In this document: positions 17,807 to 29,717 of the stretch, piece after piece
How the letters are laid out: each line of letters opens with the position of its first letter
Position numbering within the stretch: position 1 is the first letter of the stretch
NCBI GenBank assembly: GCA_005889475.1
Contig: VBGT01000051.1
Location: forward strand, 1,859-65,858
From: Chloroflexota bacterium
Lineage (GTDB): Bacteria; Chloroflexota; Limnocylindria; Limnocylindrales; CSP1-4
DNA: 64,000 nucleotides
Reading direction: 5' to 3'
Program-made: the position numbers and the translations under genes
The notes under the pieces: generated by a model
The model's input: only the letters and a program-made list of their open reading frames with translations
Told to the model about the DNA's origin: nothing
Database searches by the model: none

Positions 17807-17817
17807 GGAGATTCGCG

Positions 17818-19371
17818 GTGCCCACCAACGATGAGCGACTCGCCCAGCTCGACGCGCTCCGCGCCGAATCGCTGCTCGGTGGCGGAGCGGATCGCGTCGA
17901 GAAGCAGCACGCATCAGGCAAGCTGACCGCGCGCGAGCGGCTCGAGCTGTTGCTCGACGCCGACTCGTTTGTCGAGCTCGACCGGTTTGTCATTCATCGC
18001 TCGACGGACGCTGGTATCGCGGACCAGCACCCGCTCGGAGATGGCGTGGTCACCGGTCACGGCCGGATCGACGGTCGCACCGTGTACGTGTTCAGCCAGG
18101 ACTTCACCGTTTTCGGCGGGTCGCTGTCAGAGGCATACGCGGAGAAGATCTGCAAGGTCATGGACCTCGCACTGAAGGTCGGCGCGCCGGTGATCGGTTT
18201 GAACGATTCGGGCGGCGCGCGAATCCAGGAGGGCGTCGCATCCCTCGGCGGCTATGCCGAGATCTTCCTCCGCAACGTCCTCGCATCCGGTGTCGTACCG
18301 CAGATCTCGGTGATCCTCGGGCCGTGTGCCGGCGGCGCCGTCTACTCGCCGGCGATCACCGACTTCACGATCATGGTCGAGGGGACGAGCTACATGTTCG
18401 TCACCGGCCCGAACGTCGTTCGCACCGTTACTCACGAAGAGGTCGACGCGGAGTACCTCGGCGGCGCGACGACGCACACGACGCGCAGCGGCGTTGCGCA
18501 CCTTGCCGTGCCAGACGAGGCGAGCGGGCTGAGCGCGGCACGGCAGCTCCTGGGCTACCTGCCTGCCAACAACCTCGAGCATCCTCCGAGCATCGACACC
18601 GACGACCCGGTCGACAGGATGGACGTCGCGCTGGACTCGATCGTCCCGGATGAGCCGCAAGCCCCGTACGACATGCACGCCGTCCTGCGCGGTGTCATCG
18701 ACCGGGGCTCCTGGTTCGAGATCCAGCAGGGATGGGCGCAGAACATCATCGTCGGGTTTGCTCGGTTGGGTGGGCGACCCGTCGGGATCGTTGCGCAGCA
18801 GCCGGCGGTGCTCGCCGGCGCGCTGGACATCGATGCCTCCGTCAAGGCAGCCCGCTTCGTGCGTACATGCGATGCCTTCAACGTCCCGCTCATCACGTTC
18901 GTCGACGTGCCCGGCTTTCTGCCGGGCGTCGGGCAGGAGCACGGCGGGATCATCCGGCATGGCGCGAAGCTGCTCTACGCGTATTGCGAGGCGACGGTGC
19001 CGAAGCTCACCGTCATCACGCGCAAGGCGTATGGCGGCGCCTACGACGTCATGAGCAGCAAGCACATCCGCGGTGACCTGAACCTCGCCTGGCCATCCGC
19101 GGAAATCGCAGTCATGGGCCCGGCCGGCGCCGTGGCCATCATCTTCAAGGATGCGATCGCGGGCGCAGCGGATTCGGAGGCAGAGCGCAGCCGCCTCGTG
19201 GCGGAGTACGAGGCGCGATTCGCCAATCCCTACATCGCCGCGGGGCGCGGCTATGTCGACGATGTCATTCGCCCGTCCGAGACCAGACCTCGCCTCGTCG
19301 CTGGGCTCGAGGCGCTGGCAGGCAAACGCGACACGAACCCGCGAAAGAAGCATGGGAACATCCCGCTCTAG
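17818..19371 (+). CDS. pccB: Acyl-CoA (propionyl-CoA) carboxylase carboxyltransferase beta subunit
   Basis: 517 aa. Typical N-terminus ([42 protein letters not shown]) and carboxyltransferase N and C domains. Confidence 0.92.
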   Translation: MPTNDERLAQLDALRAESLLGGGADRVEKQHASGKLTARERLELLLDADSFVELDRFVIHRSTDAGIADQHPLGDGVVTGHGRIDGRTVYVFSQDFTVFGGSLSEAYAEKICKVMDLALKVGAPVIGLNDSGGARIQEGVASLGGYAEIFLRNVLASGVVPQISVILGPCAGGAVYSPAITDFTIMVEGTSYMFVTGPNVVRTVTHEEVDAEYLGGATTHTTRSGVAHLAVPDEASGLSAARQLLGYLPANNLEHPPSIDTDDPVDRMDVALDSIVPDEPQAPYDMHAVLRGVIDRGSWFEIQQGWAQNIIVGFARLGGRPVGIVAQQPAVLAGALDIDASVKAARFVRTCDAFNVPLITFVDVPGFLPGVGQEHGGIIRHGAKLLYAYCEATVPKLTVITRKAYGGAYDVMSSKHIRGDLNLAWPSAEIAVMGPAGAVAIIFKDAIAGAADSEAERSRLVAEYEARFANPYIAAGRGYVDDVIRPSETRPRLVAGLEALAGKRDTNPRKKHGNIPL

Positions 19372-19433
19372 CGGTGCGTCCCGAGCGGCCGTCTCGAATC
19401 ACGCCCGGGTGACCCGCACGTGAGCGAGGCCCC

Positions 19434-19449
19434 GTCTTTGCGCAAAGAC
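19434..19449. promoter_or_regulatory. Perfect 16-bp palindrome gtctttgcgcaaagac, 25 nt upstream of the accC start
   Basis: Exact palindrome. Third copy of the GTCYTTGCGCAAAGAC motif. Confidence 0.5.
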
Positions 19450-19473
19450 AGGGCAGTCGATCCGGCCACGGCA

Positions 19474-21084
19474 ATGTCCGCTTCGGATTCACCCCTGCCA
19501 TTTCGGCGCGTCCTCATCGCGAACCGCGGTGAGGTCGCGCTGCGAATCCTGCGGGCCTGCCGCGAGCTCGGCCTCGAGACCGTGGCGGTGTACAGCGACG
19601 CCGATGCCCACGCGGCGCATGTCCGACTCGCCGACGCAGCGGTCCGGATCGGTCCGCCGGCACCCCAGGACAGCTACCTCAACATCGAGGCGATCCTGGC
19701 CGCGGCGGCGACAACCGGCGCCGAGGCCGTCCATCCCGGCTATGGCTTCCTGGCTGAGCGTGCAGCGTTCGCCCGCCGCGTGACGGAAGCCGGGCTCGTC
19801 TTCGTCGGCCCGACGCCGGACGTCATCGAGGCGCTCGGCGACAAGCTCAGAGCCCGCCGCATCGCCCGAGACGCCGGCGTTCCGGTCGTGCCCGGCACGC
19901 TGGAGCCGGCGGCCATCGACCGACCCGACCAGCTGCCGGCGATCCTCGACGAGGCGGCGACGATCGGCTTCCCACTCCTGGTCAAAGCGAACGCAGGCGG
20001 GGGCGGCCGGGGCATGCGCCGGGTCGCTCGGCCAGACGACCTTCCCGTCGCCCTCCTCGACGGTTCACGAGAGGCAGCCGACGCATTCGGCGACGGACGG
20101 GTCTACCTCGAGCGGGAGGTCGTGCCCGCGCGGCACATCGAGGTCCAGCTCCTTGGCGACGCAGCTGGCCGCGTGATCGCCCTCGGCGAACGAGACTGCT
20201 CGATTCAACGCCGGCATCAGAAGCTGATCGAGGAGGCGCCGGCGCCGGGCCTGGTCGATGCCGAACGGCGACGCCTCCACGACATGGCCGTCGCGGTCGG
20301 AGCGGCCGCCGGCCTCCGCAATGCGGCGACGGCCGAATTCCTGCGGGCATCGGACGGCGCCTACTACTTCCTCGAGGTCAACACCCGACTCCAGGTCGAG
20401 CACGGCATCACCGAGCTGGTGACCGGGCTCGACATCGTGCGGGAGCAGCTCTACCTCGCGGCTGGCAGGCCACTATCGGAGGGGGCGCTGGCCGCGGCCG
20501 GGCACGCCGCGAGGCCGGGCAGCCACGCCATCGAGGTGCGGATCTCGGCGGAGGACCCGGGCCGTGATTTCGCACCGGCGCCGGGCTTGATCCGGCGCTG
20601 GCTGATGCCCGCCGGCCCGGGCGTGCGGGTCGACACGGCCGCCGAGGCGGGGGAGCGGGTGCCGCCGGAGTACGACAACCTGCTGGCCAAGCTCATGGTC
20701 CATGGTCCCGATCGGGCGTCGGCAATCGACCGGCTGGCGGGCGCCCTCCGCGAGATCGAGATCGCTGGGATCCAGACCACGCTGCCGTTCCATCGCTTCG
20801 TCGCTGGCCATCCCGCCTTCCAGGCGGCCGAGCTCTCGACCGGTTGGGTCGCCGACCACTGGGACGGGCCGGCTGCGGCCGCGCGGGAGGGACGGCTCGC
20901 CCAGCTGGTCGGCGGACTCGCCGTTGCCTGGACGAAGACCGGAAGGGGCGACCGCGACAGGAAGGACGTCCGCGACGCCGGCCGCGGCGGCCGAGACGAC
21001 CGCGACGATGGCCGAGACGGCTCCGCCTGGGCCAGGGCAGCACTCGAAGCGGCGGTCGATCGATGGCCGGGGGCCGACGAATGA
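19474..21084 (+). CDS. accC: Biotin carboxylase (acetyl/propionyl-CoA carboxylase alpha, AccC-type, without biotinyl domain)
   Basis: Start moved to the internal ATG (MSASDSPLPFRRVLIANRGEVALRI). ATP-grasp and biotin carboxylase C-terminal domains. The stop overlaps the BCCP start (ATGA). Confidence 0.88.
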   Translation: MSASDSPLPFRRVLIANRGEVALRILRACRELGLETVAVYSDADAHAAHVRLADAAVRIGPPAPQDSYLNIEAILAAAATTGAEAVHPGYGFLAERAAFARRVTEAGLVFVGPTPDVIEALGDKLRARRIARDAGVPVVPGTLEPAAIDRPDQLPAILDEAATIGFPLLVKANAGGGGRGMRRVARPDDLPVALLDGSREAADAFGDGRVYLEREVVPARHIEVQLLGDAAGRVIALGERDCSIQRRHQKLIEEAPAPGLVDAERRRLHDMAVAVGAAAGLRNAATAEFLRASDGAYYFLEVNTRLQVEHGITELVTGLDIVREQLYLAAGRPLSEGALAAAGHAARPGSHAIEVRISAEDPGRDFAPAPGLIRRWLMPAGPGVRVDTAAEAGERVPPEYDNLLAKLMVHGPDRASAIDRLAGALREIEIAGIQTTLPFHRFVAGHPAFQAAELSTGWVADHWDGPAAAAREGRLAQLVGGLAVAWTKTGRGDRDRKDVRDAGRGGRDDRDDGRDGSAWARAALEAAVDRWPGADE

Positions 21085-21689
21085 CCGGGGATCGCGAATC
21101 GCCGACCGATGACCGGGGAGGTGGAACGGCGGCGACGCAAGGCGCGGTCATCGTTGGCCTCGCGCCCGGTTCGGGGGCCGGCATCGGGCCGGTCGTGGTC
21201 GAAACCGGCCCGGTAGGCTTCGTCACACTCGACGGCCGGCGAGAACGGGCGCGCCTCATTCCCGGCGAGCCGCCCCGCGCTCGCCTCGAAACGGCCGATG
21301 GCGTCCACGACATCCTGCTGACCGACCTGCCCGACCCAGGGCGGGCCGCCGCGGGAGTTCGTCGGTTCGAGGTGGTGGTCGACGGCTGGCGGTTCGAGGT
21401 GGACGTCGAATCCGAGGCTCGCGCCCGGCTGCGCGAGCGGGCGAGCAGCGCGCGAGGCGACGCGGCGAGAGGCGGCCCCGTGGAGCTGCGTGCGATCATC
21501 CCGGGGCGCGTCGTGTCGGTCGACGTCGCCGAGGGCGACGTGGTCGACGCCGGTGGGCGCCTGCTCGTCGTCGAGGCCATGAAGATGCAGAACGAGCTCA
21601 GGTCGCCGCGAAGCGGCACGGTCGGACGGGTGGCGGTCGGTCCGGGCCAGACCGTCGAGCTCGGCGACCTGCTCCTGGTCGTCGAGTGA
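21081..21689 (+). CDS. Biotin carboxyl carrier / biotinyl-domain protein
   Basis: 202 aa. C-terminal biotinyl-lysine motif EAMKMQNEL, in frame with track ORF 20844..21689. Translationally coupled to accC. Confidence 0.75.
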   Translation: MTGDRESPTDDRGGGTAATQGAVIVGLAPGSGAGIGPVVVETGPVGFVTLDGRRERARLIPGEPPRARLETADGVHDILLTDLPDPGRAAAGVRRFEVVVDGWRFEVDVESEARARLRERASSARGDAARGGPVELRAIIPGRVVSVDVAEGDVVDAGGRLLVVEAMKMQNELRSPRSGTVGRVAVGPGQTVELGDLLLVVE

Positions 21690-21702
21690 GGACGCGCGCC
21701 GG

Positions 21703-23391
<1,689 letters not shown>

Positions 23392-23418
23392 CGACGATGC
23401 TCAGAGGAGGACCCAGGC

Positions 23419-23874
23419 ATGCCTGACCTGCGGCACCGGCCCCCGGGCCGGATCCACCACCTCGCGATCGTGGTCAAGTCCCTCGACGAGGCGCTGCCGG
23501 TGTACCGCGACCTCATCGGGCTGCCGCTCGAGTCGATCATGGACATCGCGTCCGATCGGGTGCGGATCGCGTTCCTCGGCGTCGGCGAATCGAAGGTCGA
23601 GCTCGTGCAGCCGACGGACGACACGACCGGCGTCGCTCGGTACCTGGCCAAGGAGGGTGAGGGCTTCCACCACGTCTGCTTCGAGGTGGCGAACCTGGCC
23701 GAGGAGCTGACCCGCCTCGGCATCGACGGGGTGGAGCTGATCGACACGGCACCGCGCCGCGGGGCGGAAGGTCCGGTCGCGTTCCTGCATCCGCGGTCGT
23801 GCCACGGCGTGCTCGTCGAGCTCATCGAGGCGGTCGGGGGCCCGGCGTGGAAGGCGCTCGGCTATCCGGACTAG
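23419..23874 (+). CDS. Methylmalonyl-CoA epimerase (VOC/glyoxalase family)
   Basis: 151 aa. VOC fold motifs (IHHLAIVVKSLDEALPVY...HHVCFEV...). Located directly after the MCM gene. Confidence 0.8.
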   Translation: MPDLRHRPPGRIHHLAIVVKSLDEALPVYRDLIGLPLESIMDIASDRVRIAFLGVGESKVELVQPTDDTTGVARYLAKEGEGFHHVCFEVANLAEELTRLGIDGVELIDTAPRRGAEGPVAFLHPRSCHGVLVELIEAVGGPAWKALGYPD

Positions 23875-23899
23875 CCCGAGCGCACTCGACCGGCGCGCG

Positions 23900-24466
23900 A
23901 TGCGCATGCCGCGCACGCTGGCATTCGTCACGTCCTTGGTGCTCGTCGGCTGTCTGCCGCCGTCGAGCCTGCAGCCCTCCGCGCCGATCATGTCCACGGA
24001 GGGTCAGATGCCCGATCAGCTCGTCCTCACCAGCCCCGAGTTCAAGGATGGCGGCGCGATCCCGCGGCGCTTCACATGCGATGCCGAGAACGTCTCGCCG
24101 CCGTTGAGCTGGAGCGGCGCGCCGGCGGGCGCGGTCACGCTCGCACTCGTGATGGACGACCCCGATGCCCGCGGCTTCGTGCACTGGGTCGTCTACAACA
24201 TCGACGCCTCGGCGACGGGTAGCCTGCCCGCCGGCTGGTCGTCGACGCCCGATGCGGCGCCGCAGGGCGGCAACAGCTTCGGAAAGGTCGGCTACGGCGG
24301 CCCGTGCCCGCCGAGCGGGACGCATCGGTACACCTTCCGGATGCTCGCGCTCGACGCGGTGCTCGACCTCGCGCCAGGACCGAAGGCCCGAGGAGTCCTC
24401 GATGCGGCCGCAGATCACACGCTCGCGGAGGCAGCGCTGACCGGCACGTACCGCCGCGGGAGCTGA
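23900..24466 (+). CDS. YbhB/YbcL (PEBP/Raf-kinase-inhibitor-like) family lipoprotein
   Basis: Lipobox LVLVGC. PEBP core (LTSPEFKDGGAIPRRFTCDAENVSPPLSW...HRYTFRMLALD). Confidence 0.8.
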   Translation: MRMPRTLAFVTSLVLVGCLPPSSLQPSAPIMSTEGQMPDQLVLTSPEFKDGGAIPRRFTCDAENVSPPLSWSGAPAGAVTLALVMDDPDARGFVHWVVYNIDASATGSLPAGWSSTPDAAPQGGNSFGKVGYGGPCPPSGTHRYTFRMLALDAVLDLAPGPKARGVLDAAADHTLAEAALTGTYRRGS

Positions 24467-24494
24467 GGCCTCGAGGCCAGATCGACCAGGGCGT

Positions 24495-24966
24495 TCAGAG
24501 CGACCAGGCGAGAATCACCGCGGGCGCCCGATCCGCGCGCCGGGCGAACTCCACGATCTCCGTCGCGAACTTGCGAACCGACGGCTTCTCCTCGCGAGCC
24601 AGCTCACCGAGCTCGTCCTCGAGCAGGTCGATCCAGCGGCCGGCGACGGCATCGAGCTGGCGGTCCTCCAGCATCGCGACCGCGGTGACCCAGCCCGGGT
24701 CCACGCGCTCGACCGTGCGCTCGTCGGCGTCGCCGGGCCCTTCGAGCTCGACCCGCGCTTCCAGGAAGTCGACCGGCTCGTCCCGGCCCGTGACCGCGCG
24801 GACGGCCTGGCTGAACAGGTCGAGCCACGTCGGGTCGATCGCCCCGCCGAACGAGAGGTGCGCGGGGAATCGCGCCGGATCCTCGAACGCTGCCAGGTCA
24901 TCCACGGCAACGGCGAGGAGGATCTCGCGGCTGTCGCCGGCGACGAGGTCCATGACGAGGCCCATC
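24495..24966 (-). CDS. Hypothetical protein (156 aa)
   Basis: In-frame ATG 10 nt after the upstream methyltransferase stop. Consistent codon bias. No recognised domain. Confidence 0.5.
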
Positions 24967-24976
24967 CGCGAGGCCC

Positions 24977-25630
24977 TCAGGGCCGCCGGGCGGTGAGCAG
25001 GAACAGCGGGTACGGCACGTCCTCCTCCTCCGCGCCGCCCACGGTCCCGCCGTCGCGGACCTGAACGTCGACGAAGCCGGCGGCCTCGGTGAGCCGGGCG
25101 AGTCGGGCGCGGTCGAAGCCGAGGTGGTGGACGCCCTGGCCGATCGCGCCGTGGAACGAGCCGTCCTCGGTGTCGAGGTCGAGGGCGACGAGCAGGCCGC
25201 CCGGCGCGAGCAGCCGCTTGAAGCCGGCCAGCCCGGCGGCCGTGTCCTCGATGTGGTGCAGCACGAGCTGCGAGATGGCCGCGTCGAACGGCGCGCCCTC
25301 GGGCAGCGGGTCGGCGACGAGGTCGAAGTGGATCGCGCGGACGTTGCGCAGGTCCCGCTCGTCGATCTTGCGCCGCGCCTCGGCGAGCATGCCCTCGGAC
25401 GTGTCCGCGAGCACGAGCTCGGCGAGCTGGTCGAGCAGGGCCAGTCCGACGAGTCCCGTGCCGGCGCCGATCTCGATCGCCCGGCAGCCGGCTGGGAACC
25501 GGACCGCGGATCGGATCGCCGCCGAGGCGGCGCTCGCCCGAGCGAGCCGCTCTGGCGTGTCCCACGTCGCCGCCCTGGCGTCGAAGCTCTTCGGGTCGAG
25601 GCTCGCGCCAGGCTCGGTCTCGTCCGTCAT
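24977..25630 (-). CDS. Class I SAM-dependent methyltransferase
   Basis: 217 aa from the internal ATG (MTDETEPG...). SAM motif [15 protein letters not shown]. Motif [14 protein letters not shown]. Confidence 0.75.
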   Translation of the reverse strand: MTDETEPGASLDPKSFDARAATWDTPERLARASAASAAIRSAVRFPAGCRAIEIGAGTGLVGLALLDQLAELVLADTSEGMLAEARRKIDERDLRNVRAIHFDLVADPLPEGAPFDAAISQLVLHHIEDTAAGLAGFKRLLAPGGLLVALDLDTEDGSFHGAIGQGVHHLGFDRARLARLTEAAGFVDVQVRDGGTVGGAEEEDVPYPLFLLTARRP

Positions 25631-25638
25631 CCCAAGCC

Positions 25639-26523
25639 TCAGCCGCGGTAGCCCGCGTCGCGCAGGAGCTGGGGCAGCTCGGTCGGCGAGCCGGCGACGC
25701 CGAAGCCGGCGGCCTCGAGGGCCGCGACCTTGGAACCGGCGGTGCCCGCGCCGCCGGAGATGATCGCGCCGGCGTGGCCCATGCGCTTGCCCTCGGGCGC
25801 CGTGCGCCCGGCGATGAACGCGGCCTTCGGCACGCCGGCGAGATTCGTCGCGGCCCACGCCGCCGCTTCCTCCTCGGCCGCGCCGCCGATCTCCCCGATG
25901 AGGACGATCGCCTCCGTCTCGGGATCGGCCGCGAAGAGCTGCAGGACCTCGAGGAACGTCGAGCCGATGATCGGGTCGCCGCCGATGCCGACGCACGTCG
26001 ACTGGCCGATGCCCGCGTCGGTCATCGCCTGGACGGCCTCGTAGGTCAGGGTTCCCGAGCGCGACACGACCCCGACCGAGCCCTCGCGGTGGATCGAGCC
26101 CGGGATGATCCCGACCTTCGCCCGACCCGGCGACGTGGCCCCGGGACAGTTCGGGCCGATCAGCGTCGCGCCGGCAGCGCGCACGGCGGCCACGACCGGG
26201 ACCATGTCGAGCGCCGGGATGCCCTCGGTGATGCAGAAGATCGTGCCGATCCCTGCGGCCGCCGCCTCGAGGATCGCGTCCGGCGCGCCCGCCGCGGGCA
26301 CGAAGATGCAGGAGGTGTTCGCGCCGGTCTCGCGAACCGCCTCGGACATCGTGTCGAACACGGGCACCGTGTCGTCGAGCGCCTTCTGGCCGCCCTTGCC
26401 CGGCGTCATCCCCCCGACGATCGCGGTGCCGTACGCCTGCATCGCCCGCGCGTGGAACTCGCCTTCGCGGCCCGTGATGCCCTGGACGACGAGCCGCGTC
26501 TCGCGCCCGATGAGGATGCTCAC
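25639..26523 (-). CDS. sucD: Succinyl-CoA synthetase alpha subunit
   Basis: 294 aa, GTG start. CoA-binding and active-site His motifs ([20 protein letters not shown]). Overlaps the sucC stop by 4 nt. Confidence 0.92.
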   Translation of the reverse strand: MSILIGRETRLVVQGITGREGEFHARAMQAYGTAIVGGMTPGKGGQKALDDTVPVFDTMSEAVRETGANTSCIFVPAAGAPDAILEAAAAGIGTIFCITEGIPALDMVPVVAAVRAAGATLIGPNCPGATSPGRAKVGIIPGSIHREGSVGVVSRSGTLTYEAVQAMTDAGIGQSTCVGIGGDPIIGSTFLEVLQLFAADPETEAIVLIGEIGGAAEEEAAAWAATNLAGVPKAAFIAGRTAPEGKRMGHAGAIISGGAGTAGSKVAALEAAGFGVAGSPTELPQLLRDAGYRG

Positions 26524-27701
26524 GCCGCCTGCCCCTGGGCGCGCGCCGCGGCGACCGCCTTCTCCGCCGCCTCGTCGAGGCTCGCGGCGGTCTCGAAGTG
26601 CGCCTCCTCGAGGAGCCGCGCCGCCTCGGCCGCGTTCGTGCCCACGATGCGCACGACCATCGGCACGTCCCGCGACTGCTGCTTGCGGGCCTCGATGAGC
26701 CCGAGCGCGACCTCGTCGCCACGGGTGATGCCGCCGAAGATGTTGACCAGGATCGCCTCGACCCTGGGCTCGGCGAGGATGAGCCGCATCGCCGCGGCCA
26801 CCCGCTCGGCCTTGGCGCCGCCGCCGATGTCCAGGAAGTTCGCGGGCTCGCCGCCGGCGCGCTTGACGAGGTCCATCGTGGTCATCGCCAGCCCGGCACC
26901 GTTGACCATGCACCCGATCGTCCCGTCGAGGTGGATGAAGCTGATGTCGTGCCGGCGCGCCTCGGCGTCGGCGGGCGCCTCCTCGTCCGGGTCGCGAAGC
27001 GCCTCGTGATCCTGGTGCCGGAACAGGGCGGAGTCGTCGAGGGTGATCTTGGCGTCGAGGCAGACGAGGCGCTCCTCGCCGGCGCCCGCCCCCTCGCGCA
27101 CGATCGCGAGGGGATTGATCTCCACGAGATCCGCGTCGTTGGCGAGCATCGTCCGGACGAGGCCCTTGGCGATCCCGACGGTCGCCTTCAGGTGGGCGTT
27201 GAGCCCGAGCCGGAATGCGAGCTCGCGCGCCTGCCAGTCACGCAGCCCGAGCAAGGGGTCCGCGTGGATGCGGACGATGGCGTCCGGGTTCGTCGCCGCC
27301 ACCTGCTCGATCTCGACCCCGCCCTCGGCCGAGCCCATCAGCAGGATCCGCCGCGCCGCCCGATCGAGGACCGCGGCCAGGTACAGCTCGCGGACGATGT
27401 CCGCGGCTGGAGCGACGAGGACCTTGCGCACGGCGATGCCCTTGATCGACATGCCGAGGATGTCGTCCGCGACGTGCTCCGCCTCGTCGTCAGTGGCGGC
27501 GAGCCTGACGCCGCCCGCCTTGCCTCGACCGCCGACGAGCACCTGCGCCTTGATCACCACCTGGCGCGCGTGGCCCGCGCCGTGGAGCAGCCGGGAGGCC
27601 GCAGCGCGAGCCTCGGCCGGGCTCCGGGCGACCTCCCAGGGCGGAACCGGCAGACCCTGGGCGAGCAGGAGCTTCTTGGCGTCGGCTTCCTGGATCTTCA
27701 C
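26520..27701 (-). CDS. sucC: Succinyl-CoA synthetase beta subunit
   Basis: GTG start at [15 protein letters not shown]-grasp and CoA-ligase domains ([18 protein letters not shown]). Confidence 0.9.
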   Translation of the reverse strand: MKIQEADAKKLLLAQGLPVPPWEVARSPAEARAAASRLLHGAGHARQVVIKAQVLVGGRGKAGGVRLAATDDEAEHVADDILGMSIKGIAVRKVLVAPAADIVRELYLAAVLDRAARRILLMGSAEGGVEIEQVAATNPDAIVRIHADPLLGLRDWQARELAFRLGLNAHLKATVGIAKGLVRTMLANDADLVEINPLAIVREGAGAGEERLVCLDAKITLDDSALFRHQDHEALRDPDEEAPADAEARRHDISFIHLDGTIGCMVNGAGLAMTTMDLVKRAGGEPANFLDIGGGAKAERVAAAMRLILAEPRVEAILVNIFGGITRGDEVALGLIEARKQQSRDVPMVVRIVGTNAAEAARLLEEAHFETAASLDEAAEKAVAAARAQGQAA

Positions 27702-27732
27702 GGGTGGCCGATGGTACGCGCCGGTCGCGTGG

Positions 27733-28623
27733 TCAGCGCCGGCCCTGGTGCAGCTTGCGGGCCTCGGCGATCCGCTCCAGCGCGACCGGTGTCTTGGCCA
27801 GCGACCAGATGATCGCGTCGGCGAAGCCCGCGTCCTCGAGCTCGTCGAGCAGGTCGGCGAGCCCGGCACCGTCAGTGTCGGTGCCTTCCCGGTCGTCCGC
27901 GCCCTCGCCAGGCTCGTGCAACCGGATCCCGATCGTCCGGCGGATCGCCGCCCGGTCGCGACTCACGTCATCGCACGCAGCGTCGAGGTCGCGGAGGCGT
28001 CCCCGGAGCCGATCGTCCACCTGACCGAACCACGCGGTATTCCAGGCGTCCGCCCAGGTCGCGGTCAGCCGGAGCATCCGCTCGCCCTTCGAGGCGACGA
28101 GGATCGGCGTCCGCCTGGCGGGCGGCGGCAGCAGCACGGCGCGCCGGTACTGGCGCCATTGACCATCCAGGTCGACCGTCTCGCCACGGAGCAGCCGGGC
28201 GATGATCTCGAGATCCTCGGCGAAGCGACCGACGCGATGGTCGAACGGCAGCCCGAACGCCTCGTACTCGGGCGCGTGCCAGCCCGCGCCGATGCCCAGG
28301 GTGAGCCGGCCGCCGGACAGGTCGTCGAGGGTCGCTGCCATCTTGGCCATGACCCCGGCGGGCCGGAATGACGAGCACATGACCAGCGCGCCGAGTTCGA
28401 CCCGAGGCACCACCGGCGCGAGCGCGGTCAGCGTCGTCCAGGCCTCGTGTGGGCCCTCGTCGGCCTCGCCCTCGAAGCGGAACAGGAGGTGATCGAAGAC
28501 CCAGATCGAGTCGAGCCCGACCCCCTCGGCGATCGACGCGAAGGCGCGCGTCTCCTCGAAGTTCGTCGCCCGGCCGGCGGCCGTCTCGCCGTAGGCCATC
28601 GGCACCGTCACCCCGACACGCAC
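27733..28623 (-). CDS. LLM-class (luciferase-like) F420-dependent oxidoreductase
   Basis: 296 aa. TIM-barrel LLM motifs (LDSIWVFDHL, GRLTLGIGAGW). Confidence 0.75.
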   Translation of the reverse strand: MRVGVTVPMAYGETAAGRATNFEETRAFASIAEGVGLDSIWVFDHLLFRFEGEADEGPHEAWTTLTALAPVVPRVELGALVMCSSFRPAGVMAKMAATLDDLSGGRLTLGIGAGWHAPEYEAFGLPFDHRVGRFAEDLEIIARLLRGETVDLDGQWRQYRRAVLLPPPARRTPILVASKGERMLRLTATWADAWNTAWFGQVDDRLRGRLRDLDAACDDVSRDRAAIRRTIGIRLHEPGEGADDREGTDTDGAGLADLLDELEDAGFADAIIWSLAKTPVALERIAEARKLHQGRR

Positions 28624-28642
28624 CGGGCGAGTCTATCGGCGC

Positions 28643-28648
28643 GCCTAG
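28643..28648 (+). promoter_or_regulatory. -10 element TAGAAT, 9 nt upstream of the icd ATG (probable leaderless or near-leaderless transcript)
   Basis: The same TAGAAT hexamer recurs before mraZ (40111..40116) and rnpB (about 37653). Confidence 0.4.
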
Positions 28649-28657
28649 AATGCGGGC

Positions 28658-29701
28658 ATGGCCCACCGAGTCACGCTCATCCCCGGCGACGGCATCGGAC
28701 CGGAGCTGGCGGAGGCGACGCGACGCGTGCTCGACGCCACCGGAGTCGAGTTCGAGTGGGAGGTCCAGGAGGCCGGCGAGGCGACCATCGCGAGCGAGGG
28801 CACGCCCCTCCCGGAGCGCGTCCTGGACTCGATCCGGCGCAACAAGATCGCGCTCAAGGGCCCGATCACGACGCCGGTCGGGTCGGGCTTCCGGAGCGTC
28901 AACGTCGGCCTGCGCCAGGCCCTGAACCTGTACGCCAACCTGCGGCCGGCGCGATCGATGGCCGGGGTCCCGAGCCGCTACGACGACGTCGACCTGGTGA
29001 TCGTCCGCGAGAACACCGAGGACCTGTACGCGGGTATCGAGCACATGGTCGGCCGGGACGCGGCGGAGAGCATCAAGATCATCACCCGGGCGGCGTCGGA
29101 GCGGATCGCCCGCTTCGCCTTCGAGTACGCGGTCGCGAACGGCCGGCGGAAGGTCACCGCCGTGCACAAGGCGAACATCATGAAGCTGTCCGACGGGCTG
29201 TTCCTGGAGGCGTGCACGACGGTCGCCCGGGACTACGCGGGGCGGGTCGAGTTCGAGGACCGCATCGTCGACAACATGTGCATGCAGCTGGTCCAGAAGC
29301 CGGAGCTGTACGACGTCCTCGTCCTCCCGAACCTGTACGGCGACATCGTGTCCGACCTCGCCGCGGGCCTCGTGGGCGGCCTGGGCGTGGCGCCCGGGGC
29401 GAACATCGGCGAGGACGGAGCCGTGTTCGAGCCGGTCCACGGCTCGGCGCCCAAGTACGCGGGCCAGAACAAGGCCAATCCGACGGCCCTGATCCTCTCC
29501 GGCGCCCTCATGCTCCGGCACCTCGGGTACGCCGAGGTGGGGGAGCGCGTGGAGCACGCGGTGCGTGCGGTCATCGCCGAGGGGCGGACGACGACCTCCG
29601 ACCTCGGCGGCAGTGCCGGGACCAGCCAGTTCGCCGACGCGGTGATCGAGCGGCTGCAGTCGGCGGCGCCGTCGGGCACGCCGGCGAGCGCCGTCGCGTG
29701 A
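28658..29701 (+). CDS. icd: NAD-dependent isocitrate dehydrogenase (isocitrate/isopropylmalate dehydrogenase family)
   Basis: 347 aa. Family signature [35 protein letters not shown]. Confidence 0.85.
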   Translation: MAHRVTLIPGDGIGPELAEATRRVLDATGVEFEWEVQEAGEATIASEGTPLPERVLDSIRRNKIALKGPITTPVGSGFRSVNVGLRQALNLYANLRPARSMAGVPSRYDDVDLVIVRENTEDLYAGIEHMVGRDAAESIKIITRAASERIARFAFEYAVANGRRKVTAVHKANIMKLSDGLFLEACTTVARDYAGRVEFEDRIVDNMCMQLVQKPELYDVLVLPNLYGDIVSDLAAGLVGGLGVAPGANIGEDGAVFEPVHGSAPKYAGQNKANPTALILSGALMLRHLGYAEVGERVEHAVRAVIAEGRTTTSDLGGSAGTSQFADAVIERLQSAAPSGTPASAVA

Positions 29702-29717
29702 CCATCCGGAGGGTCGC

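Noticed and set aside
18127-19353. 408-aa minus ORF antisense to pccB, and similar ORFs antisense to the MCM gene (21598..23370), ftsI (41912..44053), ddl/ftsQ (51164..53761) and the cyclase region
   Set aside because: All lie opposite strongly supported genes. They are high-GC frame artefacts.
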